Positions 1 through 8,790 of a DNA stretch of 64,000 nucleotides are shown here, in pieces. This stretch comes from an uncultured Planctomycetota bacterium. GTDB taxonomy: Bacteria > Planctomycetota > Phycisphaerae > Tepidisphaerales > Tepidisphaeraceae. The position numbers and the translations under genes were made by a program. How positions within the stretch are numbered: the first letter of the stretch is position 1; the number at the start of each line of letters is the position of its first letter. The notes beneath the pieces are model-generated. The model was not told the DNA's origin and did not search any database. It was given only the letters and a program-made list of their open reading frames with translations. Where the stretch lies: NCBI GenBank assembly GCA_963740195.1, contig CAVUDF010000001.1, forward strand, positions 919,494 through 983,493, in the 5' to 3' direction.

Positions 1-1284
1 CGTCCAACGGCGGCGAGTTCATCGAACGAGCCTGGCGCGAGCACCGCATTCGCATTCGCGTCGTGGACGCCCGCGAGGAAGCCAGGTTGATTTACCTCGG
101 TGCCCGTCACGGCGGCGGCTTCGGCGATGCACCAGACGAGCCGGGACTGCTCCTGGACGTCGGCGGCGGTAGCGCTGAAGTCATCGTCGGCACCAACGAG
201 CGGGCGATGGTGCTCGAAAGCCGAAAGCTCGGCGCGAGCCGCATGACGGCTCGATTCATCAAGAGCGACCCGCCCGAGGCCGCGGACATCGACAAGCTCC
301 GCAAGCATTACCGCAAGGAACTTCGGCCCGTCATCGAGTCGTCGGTCCTGCCGGTGTCGCCCGTTCGCTTCATCGGCACCAGCGGCACCCTCGAGAACGT
401 CGCGGCCATGTGTGCCTCGACCAGCAAGACCCCCGACGCCACCCGCATCGAACGCAAGCGGCTCGACAAACTCGTCGACAAGCTGCTGGCCAGCAAGAGC
501 GAAGATCGTGCGACCATGCCCGGTCTCGACGCGCAGCGAAAGGATCAGATCATCGCCGGCGTCGTCTTGGTCCAGGAACTCATGGACCTCGTCCAGCCGG
601 CCGGTCTGGAAGCCATCGACCTGTGCGGCACCGCGCTTCGAGAGGGCATTCTGGTCGACTACGTCCAGCGGAAGCTGCCCAAGATGCAGATCCGCCGGGA
701 CGTGCCCGACCCGCGACGCAGAAGCGTCCTCGACCTGTGCCGCCGTTGCGAATGGCACAAGCAGCACTCCACCCAGGTGACTCGCCTGGCCCTGCGCCTC
801 TTCGACGAGCTGTCGGGCCTGCACGAACTCGGGCCGCTGGATCGTGAGCTGCTCGAGTACGCGTCCCTCATGCACGACATCGGCTGGCACATCGGCGGCA
901 AGGGGCACCACAAGCACTCGGCCTACCTCATCCGTCACGGCAAGCTCAAAGGCTTCACGGATGAAGAGGTCGAAACCATGGCCAACATCGCCCGATACCA
1001 CCGCAAGGCCGACGCCGAAGAAGAAGCACGACGCGTACCACGCATTGCCCGGGCGGGCACGTCAGACCATCGACATCGGCTCGGCCTTGCTCCGCGTCGC
1101 GGACGGGCTGGATCGAAGCCACGCCAACGTCGTCCGCGACGTCCTGTGCCGCATCAAGGGCAAGACGGTGCTGGTCAAACTCGACGTCAACGGCGACGCG
1201 GAGCTGGAAGTCTGGGGTGCCACCCGCAAGAGCGAGTGGTTCGAGACCGTCTTCAAGAAGTCGATCGAGTTTCGTCTGAAGTGA
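1..1284 (+). CDS. ppx: exopolyphosphatase / guanosine-pentaphosphate phosphohydrolase (Ppx/GppA family), 5' partial, one frameshift
   Basis: The reading frame entering the window gives ...VDAREEARLIYLG (Ppx/GppA N-domain). HD-domain motifs HDIGWHIGGKGHHKHSAY and ARYHRK are present. The C-terminal segment LLRVADGLDRSHANVVRDV continues in ORF 844..1284 in a different frame. The frame break is at about 1010-1030 inside a gaagaagaag run. Confidence 0.8.
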
Positions 1285-1762
1285 GGCCGCCGAGCAGGGC
1301 TTCTCGCTCTTTCAGAATCGCGTCGAGCACGCCATTGACGAAGCGCGAGCTGTCAGCGGTGCTGTACGCCCGGGCGATCTCGATCGCCTCGTCGATCACG
1401 ACCTTGGGCGGCGTGGGCGTGTTGAGCAACTCCCACGAAGCAAGCCGCAGCACCGCCCGATCGACCGCCGGCATCCGCTTGGGTGGCCATTGCGGGGCCA
1501 GGCGTTCCAGGGTCGCGTCGATCGTGGCGACCTCCGTCCAGACGCGCCCGGCGGCAATGGCGGCGAGGCGACGGGCGGTGTGGATGTCTGTCGGGGACGC
1601 CCCTTCACTCGCCGCGACGGTCGCGGCGTGGGAGGTGACGTCTTCGGCCAGGCCCTCACGTTGGGACCGCTCAACGTCGAGCGAGAACAGAATCTGCATC
1701 GCCATCTCGCGGGCCAAACGCGATCGCAATCCGGTCGTCGTGATGTCGGCTTCTTCTGGCAA
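1253..1762 (-). CDS. nusB: transcription antitermination factor NusB
   Basis: 169-aa ORF with NusB hallmarks (REMAMQILFSLDVE ... VVIDEAIEIARAYSTADSSRFVNGVLD). It lies directly downstream of ribH on the same strand, the classic ribH-nusB arrangement. Confidence 0.8.
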   Translation of the reverse strand: MPEEADITTTGLRSRLAREMAMQILFSLDVERSQREGLAEDVTSHAATVAASEGASPTDIHTARRLAAIAAGRVWTEVATIDATLERLAPQWPPKRMPAVDRAVLRLASWELLNTPTPPKVVIDEAIEIARAYSTADSSRFVNGVLDAILKEREALLGGLTSDETRSTS

Positions 1763-1784
1763 GGCGGGCGACAGTAGAGCCGCG

Positions 1785-2273
1785 TCACTCGGCGAGTCGG
1801 CGACGCAGGTTGATCATCCCGACGGCCGCATCTGCCGCGTCGATACCGACGTGCCCGTGGCTGCCTCCGGATCGTTCAAGAGCCTGTTCCTCTGTCTCGA
1901 CCGTCAAGACGCCGAAGATGCACGGCACGCCCGTCGAGAGTGACACGTCCATCAAGCCGCGTGAGCAGTTGCCTGCGACGTACTCGAAGTGAGGCGTACC
2001 GCCGCGAATGACGCAGCCGAGTGCGATGACCGCATCCGCCCGTTCGGTCGCCCACTTCGCGGCGGTCGGCAGTTCAAATGCTCCCGGCACCTCGTGTTCG
2101 ACAGGCGACAGACCCAGCTCGCCGAGCCGCGTCCGCACGCCGTTGAGCAGGCGGTCCACGATCAGTCGATTCCACTGCGTCGACAGGACGATGACGCGTG
2201 CATCTACCGGCGGGCGTTGATCGGTGGGCGTCGGTCGGTTCAGGCTCACGGGGCGACGGTACGATGGGCCCAT
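1785..2273 (-). CDS. ribH: 6,7-dimethyl-8-ribityllumazine synthase
   Basis: The C-terminal 160 aa of ORF 1785..2546 match RibH (ARVIVLSTQWNRLIVDRLL...GAFELPTAAK...ALGCVIRGGTPHFEYVAGN). Start proposed at the internal ATG (rc of 2271-2273), giving 163 aa. The upstream 90 aa of the ORF are low-complexity and unlikely to be coding. Confidence 0.8.
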   Translation of the reverse strand: MGPSYRRPVSLNRPTPTDQRPPVDARVIVLSTQWNRLIVDRLLNGVRTRLGELGLSPVEHEVPGAFELPTAAKWATERADAVIALGCVIRGGTPHFEYVAGNCSRGLMDVSLSTGVPCIFGVLTVETEEQALERSGGSHGHVGIDAADAAVGMINLRRRLAE

Positions 2274-3156
2274 GCCAGCCACTTTTGACGTTCTGGGCAT
2301 CGGTGAGGTCCTGTGGGATCTGCAACCCCACGGCCGCCAACTCGGCGGGGCCCCCGGTAATTTCGCGTACCACGTCCATGCACAGGGCCTGTCGGCGGCA
2401 CCGGTCAGTGCGGTCGGAGCCGACGATGAGGGCCAGGACCTGCTCGACCTGCTCAAGCAGCGCGGCATCGACACGTCGCTCGTCGCGGTGCTGGATGACG
2501 TGCCGACCAGCACGGTCGATGTCGAGCTCAACGAGGGGAAGCCCACCTACACGATTCACGAGAACGTCGCCTGGGACAAGATCCCGCTGACCGATGAGCT
2601 GCTCCAAGCCGCCGCCGGCTGTAAGGCCGTCTGTTTCGGGTCGCTTGCGCAGCGGGATGCGGTCAGTCGCGAGACGATCTGTCGACTGCTCGATGCGACG
2701 CCCGACGACTGCATGCGGGTGTTCGACGTGAACCTGCGTCAAACCTATTTCGACGCCGGAATTGTCGCTGGCGGACTCGAGCGGGCGTCGGTCTTCAAGC
2801 TGAGCGACGACGAGATCGACGAAGTGGCCCGCCTCTTGGGTCTGCCGTCCGATGCGGACGCGTTTGCCGACGCGATCTTCAAGTCGTTCCAGAAACTCGA
2901 TCTTCTCGTCCTGACGAGAGGCGGCGACGGGTCGCTGTTGCAACGCCGCGACGGCGAGCGGAGCGATCGGCCGACGGTTAAGTCGGAGGTGGTCAGCACC
3001 GTGGGTGCCGGCGACAGCTTCACGGCCGGCGTTGTGGTGGGGCTGCTCAAGAAGTTGTCGTTGGCCGAGGCGCACGAGTTTGCCTCGCGGCTGGCGGCGT
3101 TTGTCGTTTCGCAGCCTGGGGCGATGCCGGAACTGCCGGACTCGCTCAAGCTGTAA
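2272..3156 (+). CDS. PfkB-family carbohydrate kinase (fructokinase/ribokinase-like)
   Basis: N-terminal GIGEVLWDL...GGAPGNFAYH and C-terminal TVGAGDSFTAGVVVGLL match the PfkB sugar-kinase signatures. Start taken at MPATFDVLG (ATG 2272), which abuts the ribH start on the opposite strand. Confidence 0.7.
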   Translation: MPATFDVLGIGEVLWDLQPHGRQLGGAPGNFAYHVHAQGLSAAPVSAVGADDEGQDLLDLLKQRGIDTSLVAVLDDVPTSTVDVELNEGKPTYTIHENVAWDKIPLTDELLQAAAGCKAVCFGSLAQRDAVSRETICRLLDATPDDCMRVFDVNLRQTYFDAGIVAGGLERASVFKLSDDEIDEVARLLGLPSDADAFADAIFKSFQKLDLLVLTRGGDGSLLQRRDGERSDRPTVKSEVVSTVGAGDSFTAGVVVGLLKKLSLAEAHEFASRLAAFVVSQPGAMPELPDSLKL

Positions 3157-3181
3157 AGCGGGCCGCTAGTGTGCCCGTCCG

Positions 3182-4453
3182 ATGCCCCAAGCGGACACGC
3201 CGGCCGACAACTTCCACGTACACCGTCTCAGCAACGGCATGGTGGTGTTGGCTGAACCGATGCCCGGCATCGCCAGTGCCGCCATGGAGCTGCACGTGCC
3301 GGCGGGTTCTGCAACCGATCCTGTCGATCGATGCGGCAGTGCCAGCGTTCTCTCGGAGATCGTGCTGCGCGGTGCCGGGGACCGAGACGCGCGGGCCTTG
3401 ACGGATCATCTCGACGGCCTGGGTTTGTGGCGCGGTGGCGGGGCGGGGACGCTCACGAGCCGGTTCACGGCCGCGGGATTGGCCCAGAACGTCATGAAGG
3501 GGATGGCCGCGCATGCGGACGTCGTGCGTCGTCCGACGCTTGTCGAGGACACGGTCGCCCCGAGCATCGACCTGGCCCGCCAGGCCCTGATCGGGCTCGA
3601 TGACAGTCCGCAGCAGCTCGCCTCCATCACCCTGCGACAGCGGGCCTGGCCCGGGCCGTTCGGGCGTAATCCGATGGGGGAGCTTGCGCATCTCGATCGA
3701 CTCACGCACGACGGGCTTCGGCAGGATTTTTCGCAACGATGGCAGGCCGACGGGGCGGTGCTCTCGATCGCCGGCGACATTGAGGTGGAGCGCGTTGTTG
3801 CCGAGGCCGAGCGCTTGTTCGGAGATTGGCAGCGTGTCGATCAGGCATCGATCGTCGTCACGCCCGCGCCCGGACCCGTGCACTACGTCGAGCAAGACTC
3901 GCAGCAGACCCACGTCGCATTGGCCTACTCGACGCTGCCGGAGACGCACGAGGATTACTATGTCGCGCGGCTTGCCGTCGAGTGCCTGTCGGGTGGCATG
4001 AGTGGTCGGCTGTTCGACCGCATCCGCGAGAAGAAGGGACTGTGCTACAGCGTGTATGCCAGCTACGCGTCAATGCCCAACCCGCAGGGCGACGACTTCG
4101 CCAGCGTCTTCTGCTACGCCGGTACCAGCAACGACCGGGCGCAGCAGACGCTCGATGCGTTGCTGCAAGAGCTTCGCGACATCCGCAGCGGCGTGACGCG
4201 AGACGAGTTGCACCGCGCACGCATCGGACTCAAGGCCGGAACCGTCATGAGCGGCGAAAGCTCCTCGGCACGCGCCGGCAGCCTCGCCCGCGACTGGCTC
4301 ACGCGCGGCCGACTCCGCTCGCTCGATGAAATCACCGCGGCCATCGACGAGATCGACCTCGACCGCATCAACGACTGGCTCGAAGATCACCCCAACGGGC
4401 CCTTCAGCTTCGTCATGATCGGGCCCAAGGCGTTGGATGTTCCGAAGGCTTGA
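3182..4453 (+). CDS. M16-family peptidase subunit, inactive-type (no HxxEH)
   Basis: 423-aa ORF with M16 (insulinase/pitrilysin) fold signatures (LSNGMVVLAEP..., C-terminal M16_C-like region) but lacking the HxxEH zinc motif. It is paired with the following active-type M16 gene. Confidence 0.65.
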   Translation: MPQADTPADNFHVHRLSNGMVVLAEPMPGIASAAMELHVPAGSATDPVDRCGSASVLSEIVLRGAGDRDARALTDHLDGLGLWRGGGAGTLTSRFTAAGLAQNVMKGMAAHADVVRRPTLVEDTVAPSIDLARQALIGLDDSPQQLASITLRQRAWPGPFGRNPMGELAHLDRLTHDGLRQDFSQRWQADGAVLSIAGDIEVERVVAEAERLFGDWQRVDQASIVVTPAPGPVHYVEQDSQQTHVALAYSTLPETHEDYYVARLAVECLSGGMSGRLFDRIREKKGLCYSVYASYASMPNPQGDDFASVFCYAGTSNDRAQQTLDALLQELRDIRSGVTRDELHRARIGLKAGTVMSGESSSARAGSLARDWLTRGRLRSLDEITAAIDEIDLDRINDWLEDHPNGPFSFVMIGPKALDVPKA

Positions 4454-4478
4454 GGCTGCGAGGGCGTAGCGTCGGGTC

Positions 4479-5704
4479 ATGCCTGCAACGGAGCCGCCGC
4501 ACCTCGAACACAAGCTTGACAACGGCCTGACCATCCTCGCGGAGCCGATTTCCACGAGTCGCGCCTTCGCCTGCGGCTTGTTCGTCCGCACCGGCACACG
4601 TGACGAGCCGCGTTCGATCAACGGCGTCAGCCACTTCCTCGAGCACATGATGTTCAAGGGCAGCGACTCGCGCGACGCGGCCGAGATGAACCAGATCTTC
4701 GACGACCTCGGCGCAACTACAACGCGTTCACGACGCAGGAAATGACCGGCTACCACGCTGCAGTCCTGCCGGAGTTCACCGGCGACATCATGGAGCACCT
4801 GGGCCATCTCTTTCGGCCTGCCCTTCGCGAGGACGACTTCATCACCGAGAAGAAGGTGATTCTCGAAGAGATCGCCATGTACGCCGACGACCCGGGTCAC
4901 CGGGTCTTCGAAGAGGTGATGGCCATGCACTTCGAGGGGCACGCTCTGGAAATGAGCATTCTCGGCCCGGCTGAAACGATCACGGCGATGTCGCGTGATG
5001 AGATGAAGGGGTATCTCGAGGAGCACTACGGGCCGCGGAATACGGTGCTGAGTGTTGCCGGGAAGTTCGAATTTGACGAGATCGTCAAGCTTGCCGAGAA
5101 GCACTACGGCACCTGGCGGCCGGTCGGCTTCGAGCGGGATCTCACGCCTGCAACATCTCGTGGTGGTCTTCGCCACATGATCGACCCGAAGCTGACCCGC
5201 AGGTACCTGATGGCCCTGTCGGCCGGTCCTTCGGCACAGGACGACGACCGCTACGCCGCTCGCGTTCTAGCGGATCTGCTCGGCGACGGCGATGGCAGCC
5301 GGCTCTACTGGGAGCTGGTCGACCCGGCGATCTGCGAAGACGCGGAACTGTCGCCTTACCCCCACGACCACGCGGGAAGTTTCGCGCTCTCCCTCACGTG
5401 TGATCCGGACCGGACTGACGAAGCCACCGACAAAGCGTTGGCCGTGCTTCGCAACGTGGCGGGTGACTTGAAGGACGACGAGATCGAGCGGGCGAAGAAC
5501 AAGATCGCCGGCGGAGCGGTGCTGCATGGCGAGAGCACGAACAGCCGGATGCGGGCCATCGGAGGCGGCTGGGTTTACGACGGGCACTATCGGCCGCTGC
5601 AGGAAGAGCTCGACTCGATCCTGGCTGTGACGCGGCAAGATGTGCTGGCGTTGCTGGAGAAGTACCCGTTTGATCCGATGACGCTTGTCACGCTGGGGCC
5701 GTGA
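4479..5704 (+). CDS. M16-family zinc peptidase (HFLEH active-site motif), one frameshift
   Basis: The N-terminal ORF 4479..4745 contains LDNGLTILAEP and the inverted zincin motif HFLEHMMFKG. The protein continues (NYNAFTTQEMTGYHA...) in ORF 4742..5704. The junction at about 4722 fits a 1-nt deletion in an A-run (gcaactac vs expected gcaaactac). Confidence 0.75.
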
Positions 5705-5737
5705 ACCCCTTTGGGGTGAACGGGTCATTCTTCTCCA

Positions 5738-5769
5738 CGCTACCTGCGGGCTGTAAGCCCGCGGCTGGG
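5738..5769. repeat. 32-nt conserved intergenic element with 8-bp GC hairpin (copy 1)
   Basis: cgctacctgcgggctgtaagcccgcggctggg is identical to 59666..59697. The stem is CTGCGGGC/GCCCGCGG (5744-5751 / 5757-5764) with loop TGTAA. It sits 34 nt after the stop of the M16 peptidase gene. Confidence 0.6.
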
Positions 5770-5795
5770 GTGGTGTCGGTGCTCCTCTAACTGGG

Positions 5796-6656
5796 ATGGG
5801 ACACCTACCATTTCTCGTGCCCGTGACCGTGCAACAGGCCCAGACGCCGGAGCCGGTGTTGCAGCCGTTTCGACTCAGGCAGCTACAGCAGGCCCGAGAC
5901 GAGGGCCGGCATGTGGCGATGCTTACCTGCTACGACTACACAACCGCCACCCATCTGCAACAGTGCGGCGTGGAGATGCTCCTCGTCGGTGACACGGCAG
6001 CCAACGTCATCCTCGGGCACGACCGGACGACGGCCATCGAACTCGGATTTCTGAAGACGCTCGGGGCGGCAGTGCGTCGCGGGGCGCACAACAGCTACGT
6101 CATGGCCGACATGCCCTTCGGCAGCTACCACGCGAGTACCGCGTCAGCTGTCGACAACGTCTGCAGTGTCGTACGGGACACCGGCTGCGACGGGGTGAAG
6201 CTCGAAGTCACGCGGCGGATGTTGCCGCTGGTCGAACAACTCGCCGATGCCGGCGTCGCCGTGTGCGCTCACCTCGGGCTTCGTCCGCAAAGCGTCCAAC
6301 GGACCGGCTATCGGGTGCAGGCGAATGATGCAGAGGCGATCGAGCGTTTGGCCGACGAGGCAAGGGAGTTCGAGCAGGCCGGGGCGGCAACGTTGCTGAT
6401 CGAGGCCGTGCCGCCCGGTGCGGCCACGCGAGCTTGTGAGGGTGTCGCCGTTCCTGTCATCGGGTGCGGTGCCGGCCCCGCGCCGACGGCGCATGTCGTG
6501 GTCCTGACTGACTTGCTCGGTTTATCGTCGCGTCGGCCACGATTCGTGCCGGAGCTGGGCCAGCCGGCACTTCGCGATGCGGCATCTGCTTGGGTTACAA
6601 TGGTTCGCGACGGCACCTATCCCGCGCCCGAGCACCTTTATCAAGCGACGGAGTAG
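5796..6656 (+). CDS. panB: 3-methyl-2-oxobutanoate hydroxymethyltransferase (ketopantoate hydroxymethyltransferase)
   Basis: MLTCYDYTTA...LLVGDTAANVILGHDRTTAI...MADMPFGSY match PanB. The exact start within the first ~15 codons is uncertain. Confidence 0.85.
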   Translation: MGHLPFLVPVTVQQAQTPEPVLQPFRLRQLQQARDEGRHVAMLTCYDYTTATHLQQCGVEMLLVGDTAANVILGHDRTTAIELGFLKTLGAAVRRGAHNSYVMADMPFGSYHASTASAVDNVCSVVRDTGCDGVKLEVTRRMLPLVEQLADAGVAVCAHLGLRPQSVQRTGYRVQANDAEAIERLADEAREFEQAGAATLLIEAVPPGAATRACEGVAVPVIGCGAGPAPTAHVVVLTDLLGLSSRRPRFVPELGQPALRDAASAWVTMVRDGTYPAPEHLYQATE

Positions 6657-6661
6657 TCACT

Positions 6662-8122
6662 GTGCCCGAAGATTCTGATCAGCCATCGCCGACGCCCGTC
6701 GCCAACGACCGCCTGGTCGCGCTGCGGACGGTGGTCATCGGCATCGTGCTGATGTGGGTCGTTCTCGTTGCGGGTTGGGCGGTGCGGCGGGGGCTAGAGA
6801 GCCGGGCGGCAGAGGAGCGGGCGGAGAACGTCCGTGAGGCACGGCTGCGACTGGCCGGCGTCGGCGAGCTGCAGGGCGTCTTCAACGAGGTCAACACCTC
6901 CGTGGAGCCGTCCGTCGTGAAGATCGATGTGATTCGGCCCCCATCGCGACTCTCCGAAGGCGAGGTGCCCAGTGCCAACAGTGGCAGCGGCGTCATCATA
7001 TTCGTCGACGACTCCTTCGACACGCCCATCGGCCACATCATCACCAACGAGCACGTCGTTCGGAACGCCAGCCAGATCAGCGTTACCCTCAACGACGGTC
7101 GACAGCTTGACGCGAAACCGATGGAGACGGATCCGCAAAGCGACCTTGCGGTGCTCGAGGTTCAAGCCGTCGGCCTCATCGCCGCAGAGTGGGGCGATAG
7201 TGACCTGCTCCAGAAGGGCGACTGGGTGCTCGCCTTCGGCAGCCCGTTCGGATTTGTCGGCAGCATGACGGCGGGGGTCGTGAGTGCCCTGAACCGCACG
7301 CAGGGCGATCGTATCCTGTCGCCGCTTGGCATGGCGACGTTCCAGGACTTCATCCAAGTCGACGCCGCCATCAACCCCGGCAACTCCGGCGGGCCACTGG
7401 CGGACGTGTCGGGGAAGATCGTCGGCATCAACACGGCCATTTTCACGCGGACCGGCGAGTTCAGCGGTATCGGCTTCGCCATCCCGAGCAATCAGGCGCG
7501 TCGTGTCTACGAGGACATTCGAGACGAGGGTCGCGTTGTTCGCGGCTGGCTTGGGATTCAGGGAAGCGCTCTGAGCGCGATCCGCGGAGCGAGCCAAAGG
7601 CTCGGGCTGGAGGACGACCGGGGCGTCCTGGTGAGCCGGGTCTTCCGGGACACACCCGCCGCGGCGGCAGGGTTGCTGAGGGGCGATGTCATCACGGCGA
7701 TCGATGACCGTCGCGTGGATGACTACCAGGAGCTCATCGTGGTCATCGGCTTTTCGACACCTGGCGACAGCATCCCGCTCGATATCATGCGCGACGGTCA
7801 AGAGCAGCGGCTGACCGTCGCCGTGGCAGAGCGCCCGCAGGGTCAATTGGCGCTGGACCTCCAGCCCTTGGGCGACGACTTGTATGGCCTGCGGCTGGAA
7901 GATCAGGCCTCGGCGCCGCCCGTGGTGGTTGCGGTGGAACCCGGATCGCCCGCCGGCCGGGCGGGGGTTCGAGCGGGCGACGTCATCTTCGCCGTCGGTG
8001 GCCGATCGGTCATGCAGGCGTTCGAAGCGAGGACGCTGTTGAGCCGCATTCCGCCACAGGTCGGCGTCGTGGTTCGGGTGGCGACGGGGAGCCGGGTCTA
8101 CGAGGTCTTCCTTGGCGACTGA
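6662..8122 (+). CDS. HtrA/DegP-family periplasmic serine endoprotease with two PDZ domains
   Basis: Trypsin-like catalytic region (GHIITNEHVV ... DLAVLEV ... GNSGGPL) followed by two PDZ-like segments. An N-terminal TM helix is present. Start placed at GTG 6662 just after the panB stop; the ORF-track ATG at 6590 would overlap panB by 66 nt. Confidence 0.85.
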   Translation: MPEDSDQPSPTPVANDRLVALRTVVIGIVLMWVVLVAGWAVRRGLESRAAEERAENVREARLRLAGVGELQGVFNEVNTSVEPSVVKIDVIRPPSRLSEGEVPSANSGSGVIIFVDDSFDTPIGHIITNEHVVRNASQISVTLNDGRQLDAKPMETDPQSDLAVLEVQAVGLIAAEWGDSDLLQKGDWVLAFGSPFGFVGSMTAGVVSALNRTQGDRILSPLGMATFQDFIQVDAAINPGNSGGPLADVSGKIVGINTAIFTRTGEFSGIGFAIPSNQARRVYEDIRDEGRVVRGWLGIQGSALSAIRGASQRLGLEDDRGVLVSRVFRDTPAAAAGLLRGDVITAIDDRRVDDYQELIVVIGFSTPGDSIPLDIMRDGQEQRLTVAVAERPQGQLALDLQPLGDDLYGLRLEDQASAPPVVVAVEPGSPAGRAGVRAGDVIFAVGGRSVMQAFEARTLLSRIPPQVGVVVRVATGSRVYEVFLGD

Positions 8123-8175
8123 CTGTCGCGTGCCACCTTCCCCTGCTTCATAGGGGAAGGCGTTACAATCGCGGC

Positions 8176-8790
8176 ATGACGACAGCCGCACAGCCACAGG
8201 CCGCCGCTTCCAACGCTGATGTCGGCGATGCTCGGCTGCGCATGCTCGTCGTCGACGATGACGAGATGTTCCGCACGCGTCTCGTCCGCGCGATGTCGAA
8301 TCGCGGTCTTGAGACCGCTTCGGCGGCGGATGCGGACGGTGCCGAGCGCGCTGCCAAGGAGTTCAAACCGGACTGGGCCTCGGTCGACCTGCGGATGCCC
8401 GGCCGCGGCGGCTTGGACCTCGTTCAGTCGCTCCATGCGACGGATGCGGACATGCAAATCGTCGTGCTGACGGGCTACGGCACCATCGCGACCGCCGTAG
8501 AGGCTGTAAAACTTGGCGCGGCGGACTACCTGACGAAGCCCGTCGACGCCGACCAAATCTTGGCCGCTTTTGAGGCTGCCGAAGCCAAAGCGGCGGATCG
8601 ACCGCTGCCGAACCTGCCAAGGATCAAGGCGGCCGAGGCGCAGACACCGAGTCTGGCGCGGGTCGAGTGGGACTACATCCATCGCGTGCTCTCCGACTGC
8701 GGTGGCAACATCAGCCAGGCTGCCCGGAAGCTCGGGATCCACCGTCGAAGCCTGCAGCGCAAGCTCCACAAGCTGCCGCCTTTAGAGTGA
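8176..8790 (+). CDS. regA: RegA/ActR/PrrA-type response regulator (receiver + Fis-type HTH)
   Basis: Receiver domain (MLVVDDDEMFRTRL...DLRMPGRGGLDL...VLTGYG) and C-terminal CGGNISQAARKLGIHRRSLQRKL, closely resembling the RegA/ActR HTH. Length 204 aa. Confidence 0.7.
   Translation: MTTAAQPQAAASNADVGDARLRMLVVDDDEMFRTRLVRAMSNRGLETASAADADGAERAAKEFKPDWASVDLRMPGRGGLDLVQSLHATDADMQIVVLTGYGTIATAVEAVKLGAADYLTKPVDADQILAAFEAAEAKAADRPLPNLPRIKAAEAQTPSLARVEWDYIHRVLSDCGGNISQAARKLGIHRRSLQRKLHKLPPLE

Noticed and set aside
2074-3075. 333-aa minus-strand ORF antisense to the PfkB kinase gene
   Set aside because: Arg-rich antisense ORF. The plus-strand frame has clear PfkB motifs.
4070-5176. 368-aa minus-strand ORF antisense to the M16 peptidase genes
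   Set aside because: No domain signal and biased composition. The opposite strand encodes conserved M16 motifs including HFLEH.
6794-8197. 467-aa minus-strand ORF antisense to htrA
   Set aside because: Antisense shadow ORF of a strongly supported HtrA gene.
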